A DNA stretch of 64,000 nucleotides from NCBI RefSeq assembly GCF_964355755.1, contig NC_092680.1:20469045-20533044 (forward strand). The letters run 5' to 3'. A model generated the notes under the pieces. That model was not told where the DNA came from. It worked only from the letters and a program-made list of their open reading frames with translations, and made no database searches. This document shows positions 11,331 to 24,200 of this stretch, piece by piece (position 1 is the stretch's first letter; every line of letters starts with the position of its first letter). The DNA comes from Antedon mediterranea. Its lineage: Eukaryota > Animalia > Echinodermata. A program made the translations under genes and the position numbers.

Positions 11331-12795
11331 TAATTTGAGTTTGCAATTTTTTTTTTTCTTTTTAATAGGCCTATGAATGAAATATTTCCGAAATAAAAGA
11401 CATCGAATAATAATAATCCAGGGCAAGAATAAATTATATCAATTTAATATAAACTGAATATCAAACAAAATATATTATAGTCACGGCGGTCGGATAACTA
11501 GTTCGAGCTTAATAATTGAGCCCAAAATAGATTGTATTCGCTAACTTTTGTTATTCGTGAGTTGCCGAATTAAAAAAAATTAGGTGGAATTTTGTTCGAC
11601 CACCCCTTTAGCCGCCATTTTAAATTTCAAATTTAACTAAACTTGGTCATCCATGGTATAATCGGAATGGGAATATAAATAAGACCATAGAGATAATTAT
11701 GATATAGATACAATTAAAAGTATATACAGGTGTATAATGTAATCAACAACATGTTTTATTTCTTTGTCCAAACACTCACTTCTTTATGACGTTTTTTCTT
11801 GGCCAATTACAATCGTATCATACATAATGTTTTAGTATACATGGATTGGTCTTCTACAATGGGTGGTTAGCCAGTATTGTTACCAACTCCATAGCCCAAC
11901 GTGTAGCACAGTTATACCTTAGCATAGAAATGCATTGTATGCCTACCTTAGTTACAAAAGTATATAGTACTACAATTAATGAGTGTCTTACTTACAACGA
12001 TCAATCTGTTTTGTGGCACCTCCATTGCCTAAAGGTTGATGTGATGTGAGGTGCAATAACTACGGGGATACACCTGAATAGTTTTATGCAGATTACCCTT
12101 TTCGTTCAGGTTAAAAACCCGTCACTTATACTTGCGACAGTATTATTTTACTATTGTGATTTTAACTTTTTGGATTTTTTTACTCGGGGTACCCGAGTAT
12201 AGTAGGCCTACTCTCTTATCTTCTCGTCTTCTTCTTCCATCTGGACACTATCGAGTAAAAAAGTGCGATTTATAAAGTACTACTCCTTCCTTATTAGTTG
12301 TAGTATTGAGCTTTGGCATGAATATACTACAGGGACATGTCCTCAAAGCTGCTATAGAGACGGATTTTTAAATTTCAAATTCATAGCATAATTAGATTAG
12401 AGCTATTGCTTTGAAAAAGTGTATGTATCTACCAGGGAAGAGTTAAATTACATTAAATTGTAATTTAACTCTTCCCTGGTATCTACAATATACCGCAATG
12501 AATGAATGGCAGTAGGCCTAACGTCAACCATTTACTTGTATCCTTTTAATGTTTTTAATAATTCAGTATTAACTAATGGAAATGCACTTAGTAGTAATTG
12601 CAAATCAAAATGACGCTTTCAACTACATAAATTACTAATAAAATCGAGAAGGCAACTGTTATACAGCAACGCAAGTCATAGAGGTGTGTTTAAAACGAAG
12701 GATGAACAGTGATTCTTAGATCTTCAAACGATTCGTGTCGGCTATAATCTGCAATTATAAATACATATTATATTTTCGAGGAATATCATTTAAGT

Positions 12796-13683
12796 ATGAA
12801 TACAAGTTCGGATACTAACTTAACAGACGTAAGACTTGATAAATCTCTTATTGTCACCGGTGCTGTTGTAAGTAGTATTGGTATCGTCGCAAACTTGTTA
12901 GTCATTTTTGTGTTTGTTTACAACAGAAGTTTTAAGAAGTCTTTTTCAATCAAGTTGTTACTTCATCAGTCTTTCATTGATCTTGTAGGTTCTATAGCGT
13001 TTACTGTTTTTGTTATCTATAACCCCAATTATGATTCCGAAACTTACTATTTATGCATATGTATAGTCTGGTATATATCAGTTACATCTTCATACAATCT
13101 GGTTGTGATAACAATTGAGCGATATATCGCTGTTGTGCATCCCTACATCTATCACCAGAACAAATCAAGAAGAAATATCTTGTACTATTTATGTTTTATT
13201 TTACAATACCTACCAGGATTAATCCCTGTTATTATCGATATTATTAAGACTGAAAAGGTTCCTAACTTACGTGAAAATGACATCATTTCTTTACTGATTA
13301 TTGCATTTCTCGGTTGGGTCTTACCTACCTCAACTATGACATACTGTTATGGATGTATATTATGGAAGCTATTTAGAAGATCAGCAGTTGGTAGTCCATT
13401 ATCACAGCCACAGCAAAGAAAAAACGATGGAAGAAAAACAAATCTTTTATCAACTCTTCTTGCTGTTACCGCAGTGTTTTATATAACATCTACGCCATGC
13501 TATATATGTTGTGCAGCTAATCATTTGTGTACATGCGTTGATCTTACTCTTTATGACATATCGTTGTTGTTATTTGCTTTAAATTTAACAATCAATCCGT
13601 TTATTTACACCATAACTTTCAATCAATTTCAGCAAGAACTTTTGAAGATCATAAATTGTATTATACATTTAGGCCTATTTTAA
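12796..13683 (+). CDS. Intronless class A orphan GPCR, 295 aa
   Basis: N-glycosylation sites NTS/NLT, TM1 GIVANL, TM2 FIDL, TIERYIAVVHP, TYCY, STPC, TINPFIY. Confidence 0.92.
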   Translation: MNTSSDTNLTDVRLDKSLIVTGAVVSSIGIVANLLVIFVFVYNRSFKKSFSIKLLLHQSFIDLVGSIAFTVFVIYNPNYDSETYYLCICIVWYISVTSSYNLVVITIERYIAVVHPYIYHQNKSRRNILYYLCFILQYLPGLIPVIIDIIKTEKVPNLRENDIISLLIIAFLGWVLPTSTMTYCYGCILWKLFRRSAVGSPLSQPQQRKNDGRKTNLLSTLLAVTAVFYITSTPCYICCAANHLCTCVDLTLYDISLLLFALNLTINPFIYTITFNQFQQELLKIINCIIHLGLF

Positions 13684-14390
13684 TCGCAAAAGAAAACTAT
13701 AGACTTATTAATTTATAGCAGAAAGAAAGACAAGAACTAGAATTCAACGCAGAAAGATGATTCAAACTAAATACGCATGTATCAACTATTTTAAATAAAA
13801 CCTCTTATGAAATTCAGTGTCATTGATTTGTACACATCTATAAACAAACCTTTAGCTTTTAAAACTATCTCAATTAATTAATTATTAATTTTATTAATAA
13901 TTTATACTTGCCTATCTATAACAATTTTGTTAAGTTGAAAAAAAATGTATATTTATTTATTGAATGGTCAACATTTCAATATCACGGTCTGTATTATATT
14001 ATTTAAGTTTTGTGTGGCTTTCATGCATGCAGCATTTGGCCTTCATCAAAGTCTCCCTGATCCTACATTGTTTGCTTTTAATGTTATGATATTTTTTTTC
14101 TTTCTGGATCAAATAAATGTTGTGTGTGTAATTTATAAAAATCAAATGTATTAAAGTATCTATACTAGTTGTTATGTTCTTAAGTAATTTGTTTGAAACT
14201 TTGCTGTCTAACTTGTGCCTTTAATTTTGAAATTGTTCGACCCTTCTGTTTGTAATTAATTTGTTATGGTTTTAGTCAATGTTTACAAATGTAAACAATA
14301 TTTCAATTCTAGTATTATAATGAATGATTGTATGTAGGCCTACAGTGGGAAAAATGTTTTTACTGTATGATTATTGACCATAATTTGAAA

Positions 14391-14735
14391 GATGTATTGT
14401 CCCCCAAAAACATGAAAAATGAAGATTAATTAAATCAGATTTTGAATAGGTTATTTTGTAGTTTTAATAAAGTTAATCACTTCCGTAGAAAAAACAACGA
14501 AAAAAATAATGTTTTCCCTTATAAAATGACAAAATAAATGGTTTTAAATTCAACCCAAAATCCATTGGCTGTCAGCCAATTTGACTATTTTTTGCTTTAA
14601 ATTACAGTTTTTTTCAGGTAAATAACATTTTTTTGGATCTAATATTTGGTCGAAGTGAATAACTATTATATGAAACTAAAATGGCTTATTCAAGAAAAAA
14701 ATTTAAATGATTATTTTTTCAAGGGGACAATACAA
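14391..14735. mobile_element. Kolobok-like MITE
   Basis: TIR (A)GATGTATTGTCCCC ... GGGGACAATACA. Family copies at 22057 and 59471 have adjacent TTAA. Confidence 0.6.
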
Positions 14736-14840
14736 CGTTAAGTAATTTGAAATGGTTAAATATGAATTATGCTTCATTAACAGCATTTGGTCTACTGTTA
14801 AATATTATTGATTAAGAGAGCAAAACCGGTATACAGCAGA

Positions 14841-15163
14841 AACAAGGCCATATACATAGCTGCAGTCGCGTGCTCAAGTTAGTGTTTACCGACCAACCGA
14901 CCGACATAATGAGCTGTAGAGTCGCGTTGTACGACGCGACTAAAAACTGATCTGGAACGAAGAACACTAATAAAAAAAACAAACTAAGAAGTATGATAAA
15001 TGACAATAATGTTCCGGGCGTATCTCGTATCCCATCATAAGTGCAAACTGAACAGAAATAAGGCCATATATATGGCTACAGTCGCGTGCTTGAAAGTTAG
15101 TGTTTACCGACCAACCGACCGACATAGTGAGCTGTAGAGTCGCGTTGCACGACGCGACTAAAA
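14841..15163. mobile_element. Two short Helentron/HINE-like copies
   Basis: Direct copies at ~14841-14946 and ~15058-15163, each with a GTCGCGTG subterminal motif, ACCG repeats and a terminal hairpin. Confidence 0.5.
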
Positions 15164-15602
15164 GATACCGAAGTAATTAGAATAACACAACAGTCGTTTA
15201 ATAATTTACCCGTATATGTGTGAAGTGTATTAAGTGAAATTAAATAATTTATTAGTACAGTATTGTTTTGTAATTGAAATACAAAGCATTATAGAGATTT
15301 ACAGCTTTTACTATTGTCAGTGGTTTTTAAATAAACTTAACGCCCACCAAGCTTAGATTAGAAAGAGATACAGAAAAGTGCGAGTCAAAAATAGAAGCAA
15401 CTTTAATATATAAAAGTGTCGGAACTTTATCGGTGAGGTCAGAAACAGAAATGAAGTACTTTCTTTTGATCCAGCAAAGTATCAGTAGGGCGGCTAAGTG
15501 AGAACAGTTTATTATTCTGATATGTGACAGAAATATTTCTTTTATCAAGTTGAGGTACAGCTTTCTACACCAAAACGTATCAACTTATATTTAGAGTTAA
15601 GG

Positions 15603-16457
15603 ATGAATTGTTCTTCAAACTCATCAGAAGGACTTGATAAATATATTATTGTCACCGGTGCTGTTGTAAGTAGTATTGGTATCTTGTCAAACTTGTTAGT
15701 CATTTTTGTGTTTGTTTATAACAGAAGTTTTAAGAAGTCTTTTTCAATCAAGTTGTTACTTCATCAGTCGGTCATTGATCTTGTAGGTTCTATAGCGTTT
15801 ACTGTTTTTGTTGGTTGTAATCCTCGGTATAACTCTGAAACTCTGTTAACAATTATATTCTGGTATATAACAGTAACATCTTCATACAATCTGGTTGTAA
15901 TAACAATGGAACGATACATTGCCGTCGTACATCCGTATGTTTATCGTCGACACAAATCATTAAAGAAAAGGGTGCTGTATATTTCTTTTATAATTCCATA
16001 CCTACCGGGATTAATCGGTGTTATTGTGGATATTATCGAAATTGATAAGTATGTAAAAGTCACTAAAGTGGACACATTGTCTCTTCTGATTTCAACATTT
16101 CTTGGTTGGTTCTTACCTACCACAACTATTACATACTGTTACGGACGTATATTATGGAAGCTATTCAGAAGATCGGCAGTTGGTAGTCCATCATCACCAC
16201 ACCACAATGATCGTAGTAGAAAAACACATCTTTTATCAACTCTTCTTGTGGTTATCGCAGTATTTTATATAACAGTCACGCCATGCTATACATGTTTACT
16301 AATTGATCACTTATGTTCATGTATTCATCATATTATTTCTGAAATATTGTTTCTGTTATTTGCTTTTAATTTAACAATAAATCCATTTATTTACGCCATG
16401 GCTTTCAGTGAATTTCAGCAACGATTTTTTAAGATCATTCACTGTATTGCAAATTAA
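15603..16457 (+). CDS. Intronless class A orphan GPCR, 284 aa, tandem paralog of 12796-13683
   Basis: GILSNL, VIDL, TMERYIAVVHP, TYCY, VTPC, TINPFIY; collinear with the upstream paralog. Confidence 0.92.
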   Translation: MNCSSNSSEGLDKYIIVTGAVVSSIGILSNLLVIFVFVYNRSFKKSFSIKLLLHQSVIDLVGSIAFTVFVGCNPRYNSETLLTIIFWYITVTSSYNLVVITMERYIAVVHPYVYRRHKSLKKRVLYISFIIPYLPGLIGVIVDIIEIDKYVKVTKVDTLSLLISTFLGWFLPTTTITYCYGRILWKLFRRSAVGSPSSPHHNDRSRKTHLLSTLLVVIAVFYITVTPCYTCLLIDHLCSCIHHIISEILFLLFAFNLTINPFIYAMAFSEFQQRFFKIIHCIAN

Positions 16458-17232
16458 TTTGTAGGAGAGAAACCAACCAGTGATAACAACCGAAAACAAT
16501 AACATTAAAATATTTGATCTATAAAAGGAGTTAAATCAAAACATATTTTTATGTTAAGTTGTTTTTTATTCTGAAAGATGTAAATTATGTCTACTGCTGA
16601 TTAATAACTAGATCATAAAGAAAATTAAATTAATATTATTTTGATTGAATAATTATTGAATAATATACATGAACCTAATGGAAACAGGTCTAAGCCTAGT
16701 TTGTAATGGGTTTCAATATTCATAGTTATGTATTCATAACTTAAATATAAAATAATAGAAGAAATTCTATTTATTATTTTATTTATTTATTTATTTGTTA
16801 TTCAAATTCGACTGGATAGCGACTCTCGGCAGAACAACACTAAGTTCTCGATTGTACTATTGCGCAACATAAATTGATTATCACCCTTGTATTCATATTA
16901 TTATATATGTTATACTGTACCAGGTTATACCAAGTTATGATAAAAGTTTTGTGCTTTTTTGCTTGTCTCATTACTTTTATTACAATACTTCATTTCAACA
17001 TAAAGAATCTGAATTCATCTGAACATTTGTACATTTATTATGTTAATTTGCTTATGATCTTGTAGGCTTACCTTGATTATTATAGAAAGATTTTGTGGTT
17101 TAACATTGTCTTTTTATTTTTTATTTTATATGCATCCAACAGCGAGCACAAACTTGCCAATTACAGGATGGATAAACTATTAATTATAACTTATTGTGCT
17201 TATAAATATTAAGTCTCATTTAAGGTTTGCAG

Positions 17233-17373
17233 AGTGGAGTTGAAAGAGTGGTGAGTAACAACCTGGCACTAGATTAAGCATGTTAACCACCAAGCTAAGG
17301 CTACGTGGAGTTGAAAGAGTGGTGAGTAACAACCTGGCACTAGATTAAGCATGTTAACCACCAAGCTAAGGCT
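17233..17373. repeat. Tandem duplication of ~70 bp
   Basis: GTGGAGTTGAAAGAGTGGTGAGTAACAACCTGGCACTAGATTAAGCATGTTAACCACCAAGCTAAGGCT occurs twice. Confidence 0.9.
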
Positions 17374-18252
17374 CCATTAGTTTCTTTTGTCAGTATAAAA
17401 TGAAGTTTAAAAGGTTATCCAGTTATCTTAAGCTCTGTCTACACTATCAAACTAGTTTGAAAAAAAAAAGTGTGATGTACCCAAATATGGTTGTGATATG
17501 CCCAAATATGGTAGTGTTATGAAATCATCATATCTATATTTGGGCACATCACATAAAGTTTGATGTGTAGACAGAGTTGTATACAATTGTTTTAATAAAA
17601 AATGTTTTAATTTTTTTTCTCATTAATTAAATAAATAAAAAATCAATTGGTGTATAATATTCTTACGATGTTGATCTTATAATAATCATGTTAAATTTGA
17701 GTTTTTGTCATTTTGAAGTGACAATAATGCATTAATGAAATATTATATCTTTCTTATACGAAATATAATCTTTACTTTTCTTAATTGATTAAACTATACA
17801 TAGTGTGTGTGCTGATTCTTACAGGCTGGGAGGAATGTTATCACTACGAAACATGACATTTATAACATTTCAAAAAGATTATCTGCATGCTAAACTTGGT
17901 TAGATCTGCATTGCTTACCATCTAGCTAAAACATAGCAGAGTATTGGGAATACAAAGGAGTGCGTCTATCGTCACCGTGTATACTGAATTATAGAAATGA
18001 ATTTCATCACAACAAAACCTAAATAATAGGAAGACACTTAAACAGCATTCAAGGGTTGTGATTTAGTTTTCCAACGGTAACATTGTGTGTAGAATAATCA
18101 CACATCAACAACAAATGATTCATTGTTCTGGCCACATCAATGTTTGTTATCAAAACTTAAACCTAAAATATATTTCAGATATATTGATGCCATTTTGTTT
18201 GTTTGTAATATCTGATTTCACTTGAAAGGTTTGAAGCCATAACTGCTTTGTT

Positions 18253-21200
18253 TCATGGTATTGCAGTGCTCTGTTTTGATTGGCTGAAAGCTTCATACAC
18301 GTTTGCGGCAAAGTCCTTCACACATTCCATTAACAATAGTTCCTACAAAAATTATTTTCATGTCCATTTATACCTGCACAAAGTGATTAGGGATGTCCCC
18401 ACAGATGAAATGGATCAGTCTATTTATGTTGCATTATGGACTTACCTGCACAAAGTAATTAGGGCTGTCCCCACAGATAAAATGGATCTGTCCATTTATG
18501 TTGCATTATGGACTTACCTGCACAAAGTAATTAGGGCTGTCCCCACAGATAAAATCGATCTGTCCATTTATGATGCATTATGGACTTACCTGCACAAAGT
18601 GGTTAGGGCTGTCCCCACAGATGAAATGGATCTGTCCATTCATGATCGGTATCAATTTGGCAAGTGGTAGATTTGTATCACAAGGACTAAAATAAGAATG
18701 TAGAAAACAAAAACGAAATCAGAATCAAATTTTCATATAAATTTAATCTATGACAGTGATCTTTAAACTATGTAAAAGCTCTTCAAAGTCTAATCTGATG
18801 CTTATAGTGTTAATAATGTTTAGTGTCACATAAATGTATATATAATAGATTTTTTCTGTATGTCTGTCCTGCATGGCATTAATTTATTTCACAAACCATA
18901 AGATACGGTGACAACCACATTTACCTTTGCTTCACTAAAACATCAAAATAAGGTTTGAAATGATTGTATTTGGAAACTTATGACTATATTGTAACTATAA
19001 TTTGACTAATACCTTATTGATAATACGTCGAAAGGTTTTTGCTCTGGTTTAGGTTTGAAACTACAGGCAATGTTATCCATGAGACGTGTGAAGGCAGTGT
19101 CCAAACATGCATTCAACACGAGGCAAAAATCAGCACTGAACAGAAAGAGAATATATAAATTAATTTTGCTATTTAATTAATTTGTTTTCTAAATGAAGAA
19201 ATTACAAGTAAGATATATGTCCAGTAAGCATCAGGGAATAATGAAAAACACACAAGGCTGCAATACCACACAAGAAAATATTGTAAGCAAGAACATGAAA
19301 AGAAACAACCAAACAGACAAGTACTAACAAACTAATTATCATGAAACTGCTTCACACCATGTTAAGTCCATGATTCACTCAATATTTTGTATTTTTTTGC
19401 TTTCCTAAAATCAGAAAATTTAAATTAAATATTACTAAAGCGCGGTTGATACTAGAATGCGACGCAGCGACGTATCGACAAAAGTGCTGTATTATGTAAT
19501 TACAAGTGCGAACCGACGACACAACAGTTCTGCAAACATCGTAGGTTTGATTTCACACAAGCAGGGGCAAACACAATAACTGGAAGAGCATTTTCTTACG
19601 TTACGCAGGTTGCGTTATGTTGCGTCGCTAGTGAAAACCAAGCTTTAGTTCTTGGTAAAAACATGAACCATGCTGCGCATATATTTTTTGGACACAATAA
19701 ATATTTTGTGACAAATTGCTGACCTTTCAATCATATCTCTTGTTTCCTGTGATAACCTGTGAAGCATGGATTCATTTTGTGGTAAACAGCATGCCTCTTC
19801 TATATTCTCTATTTGGTCATCTAGTGTTACATCATCTAACTTAAGTTCATTATCTGTTAAACCATGCTCATCCTCGGGAGGAAGAAAATATTTTGCCAAA
19901 CTTGTAGTACTGTTACCAAAATCTGGGAGAAAAGAACGAATTTGTGAACACCTTTAATCTTGAGTCAATGACATTTAAACAAATTACGAGGCTATGATCA
20001 TATACAATTAGGTTATGATCACATACAATTAGGTTATAATCACACACAATTAGGCTATGATCACATATAATTAGGTTATAATCACACACAATTAGGCTAT
20101 GATCATATACAATTAGGTTATAATCACACACAATTAGGTTATAATCACACACAATTAGGTTATGATCACACACAATTAGACTACGATCATATACAATTAG
20201 GTTATAATCACACACAATTAGGTTATAATCACACACAATTAGGTTATAATCACACACAATTAGGTTATAATCACACACAATTAGGCTATGATCATATACA
20301 ATTAGGTTATAATCACACACAATTAGGTTATAATCACACACAATTAGGCTATGATCATATACAATTAGGTTATAATCACACACAATTAGGTTATAATCAC
20401 ACACAATTAGGTTATAATCACACACAATTAGGCTATGATCACATATAATTAGGTTATAATCACACACAATTAGGCTATGATCATATACAATTAGGTTATA
20501 ATCACACACAATTAGGTTATAATCACACACAATTAGGTTATGATCACACACAATTAGACTACGATCATATACAATTAGGTTATAATCACACACAATTAGG
20601 TTATAATCACACACAATTAGGTTATAATCACACACAATTAGGTTATAATCACACACAATTAGGCTATGATCATATACAATTAGGTTATAATCACACACAA
20701 TTAGGTTATAATCACACACAATTAGGTTATAATCACACACAATTAGGTTATAATCACACACAATTAAGTTATAATCACACACAATTAGGCTATGATCACA
20801 TACAATTAGGTTATAATCACACACAATTAGGCTATGATCATATACAATTAGGCTATGATCACACACAATTAGGCTACATACCATCTGTATCCCAAATTTC
20901 AAGCTTCCTTCGAATTTTACCCACAATGCACTCAACATCCTGCAACTGTAGATTCTCTTTTAATGACATTCTGTATAAAAAAAGAAAGCAATGTGATTAC
21001 TGAAGAACAAAGAGCACGAACATTTCGACCAAACATATTTTTAAATAAATCCTAAAAAATGATAATGTTGAATTTTGTTATTGTTTCTTTTGCCTATCTG
21101 AATATTGAGGTGTTTCTTTAATAGTAGACTAAACATTTTGGCAAATTTAAGCCTAATGCAGGTCAAATTAGCAATTGAAATGACAGGTACCTATCTCTTG

Positions 21201-24200
21201 TATGTTAACAACAGTAAAAATGATGAGATAGATTTTGCTAAGCACACTTAACGATGGCTGTACGGCAAGCGCACGTTGCGATATCATAAATCTCGCAATT
21301 GTTCTGAAATCATAATATGTACATCCTTAATGCGTTGTCAAAATAGGTAAAGTTGTCCTTTAAGTGTAGTAAATCAATGCGTACATTTAGAAGAGCTCAT
21401 TTTCTTAATTCACTTAATTCTAAGCTTACTTTGCAATACATTGCTCAACTGCTTGCTGAGTGGCAGCAACAATGTCTTGTATACCTGAAAATGGAAACAA
21501 AGTGTAAAGCTCTGTCTACACTATCTAACTAGTTTGACAAAAAAGTGAGATGTGCCCAAATATGGTAGTGATAATGTGACATTGTGCCTAAAGCTCTATC
21601 TACACTATCAAACTAGTTTGACAAATGCCCAAATATGGTAGTGATATGACATTATCATGTCCATATATGGGCATATCACATTTTGTTTTAAAAAAAAGTT
21701 TGATAGTGTAGATAGAACTTTGTAGGAAGCATCGATATATATAACAACATACAGTAAACAGTTTTGCAGAGAAACCTCATTATTTATTCATATGTTATCA
21801 ATAATTTAGTTAAGGATGTCTACTAATTTTTATAATAATTTGCATTACAGACTTACAGACAGTTGAATATTCTACTTACCCTTTCCCATCAAATATTGAA
21901 TGGTTGCCAAGTATTGTTTTTGGATTTCAGGAGTTGCCTGCGATTGGCTCGCTGTCTGTGGTTATAAAAACAAAGTTTCCCTTTTAATAATGTAATACAA
22001 AGTGCATTTACATGGACTTTTTTTCTCATTTGAGTTATTAATCTTGTTATAATTAAAGATATATTGTTCCCCTAAAAAATGTTTGTTCACATTTTTTTAA
22101 ATATGCCATTTTAATGACAGGTAATAGTTATTAACTTTAACCAAACTTGGGTCCAAAACAAATTATTGACCTAAAAAAAATGTAATTTAAAGCCAAAACT
22201 ACTTAGATTTTCTGTCAGACAATAGTTATTTGTTAAAATTAACTGTTTCCTTTGTCTTTTTATAAGTGAAATATTTTTTTTTTTTTTTTTTTACAGAAGT
22301 GAATAACTTTATTATAACTGTAAAATGGCATATTTAAATCTGACTTTTTAGTGGAAAATACATCTTCTTATCTAATTATTTCTGGTAAATTTTTCAATTT
22401 AGACAAATTAATAAATTGGAATGATAATTTTCTCTCAAATGATATATCATTTTTAGGGTAAAATTAATCATATCTTTTTAATATCTCCCATTAGGACTTA
22501 TAAATTGAACAAGGAAGGAACTTACAGTGCCATTGTTACCATGGAAACTATCCAGGTACATATATCCACCTAGAACATTCAATTGAACTCTTAGAAATAC
22601 AATCACCATGCACAGACTATACACAGCAGCGACTGGACGACTGAAGCCTACAAAGACAAATAGGTTACAAAGTAAAATACATTTATATGTACGGTACACT
22701 GTAGTCTGGGTTCCAGACGGAGGTAAAAGATAAATATTTTGGCACATATGGCGTTTCATACGTACACTGCACTATTTGGTGTAACATAACATTCAGAAAT
22801 ATGTTATACATTTTTTATTTGAAATGGTAAATCGTAAAATCTTTTATCTTATTAATAAATTTGAATCCTCGAAATACTGTTTAAATATATTATATATCTT
22901 AAAGTACAAAGTGAATACAGTACACCCATTATCTTATCTATCAAGTAATATAGCATTTACATATTATTTTAATTTATGTTTTAATGTATTGTCCCCCAAA
23001 ATCATGAAAAATGAAGAATAAAAAAATCAGACTTCGAATAGCAGCTTTAATAAAGTTAATCACTTTCATAGAAAAAAAATGCAAAAAAAACAATGTTTTC
23101 ACTCATAAAAAGACAAAATAAACAGTTCATTTCAACAAAAAATAACAATTGGCTGGCAGCCAATCTGAATATTTTTTGCTTTAAATTATAGTTTTTGAAG
23201 GTAAAAAATGTTGACTTTTATTTGACTTACTTATTATCTTGAATTGTTCCCATATTTCAAGTTTATTAGCCGGTCTAAAAAAAAATATTAAAAATATAAT
23301 ATGGGTAGGTAATTAAAACGTTGTTGTAATGTAAGTATCATTTTACTACAATCGATTCATGGATCAACAAAAACATTCTCTGCTATAATAAAAACAAACC
23401 TGTTTTTCAATTGTTGTGTTAGATCGTCTGAATCAAGCATCTTATGTAATGATTGTCTGATTGTAGGAAGCATCGACAGAACTAAAAATTAAATATGAAA
23501 ATAAAAACAAAACAAATTTAGTGAAATAATGATTTGATGACGTTTTTGTCAATTTCCTAGTGTATAACACTCCTTGAAAAAAAAAAGTTTCCATGAGTGT
23601 AAAAATAAATAAAATATTATTATTATGGGGCTTTTATTTATTTGAGTCAAAATAATTCTATGGGCAGGTATTTATTTTGAGTGGGGAGGGGTGGGAAGTT
23701 TATTCAAAGCGGGACATATTTCAAAAAAATAAATATGGTATGTACTGTAGACAGTATCTTGATTAATTTTATTTATAAAAAACATAATACGTAATAAATA
23801 CCTGTCATATTGCAGGTCCGTTGATTACTGTCAAAGTGATGCTGTCTCCTGGCAAATGCCAAACACTCTGCAGCCTCACGTTCTTGCCATTCCTTCAATC
23901 GCTGTTGACCATACTTCCACAAAAATACGGATGCTTATTTAAATAGAAAAACAAAATCAAAGTAATAATAAATTATAATTATTGATGCAAAAAAAGACCG
24001 GGTAATATTTAATAATGTTCAGCGCTTAGAGGTTTCACAACATTAGGCGCTATATAAATCCAGGATATTATTATTAATATTGTCATCTGTCTCGGCTAAA
24101 CATAGTTATAGATAGGCCTACAACATTTTGTTAGTTGGCCAATTAAATTACTAGCTTGAAAGGCTAGTGTAACTTACTTGGCTAACTAAACAGTAGGCCT

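Noticed and set aside
18248-18670. 140-aa plus-strand repeat ORF
   Set aside because: It is antisense to PEX3 exons and the 72-bp repeat, with no independent coding evidence.
19913-20938. 341-aa ORF of (LIVCDYN)n repeats
   Set aside because: It is a translation of a 21-bp intronic minisatellite in a frame different from PEX3. In the PEX3 frame the intron reads GGT ATG TAG (stop).
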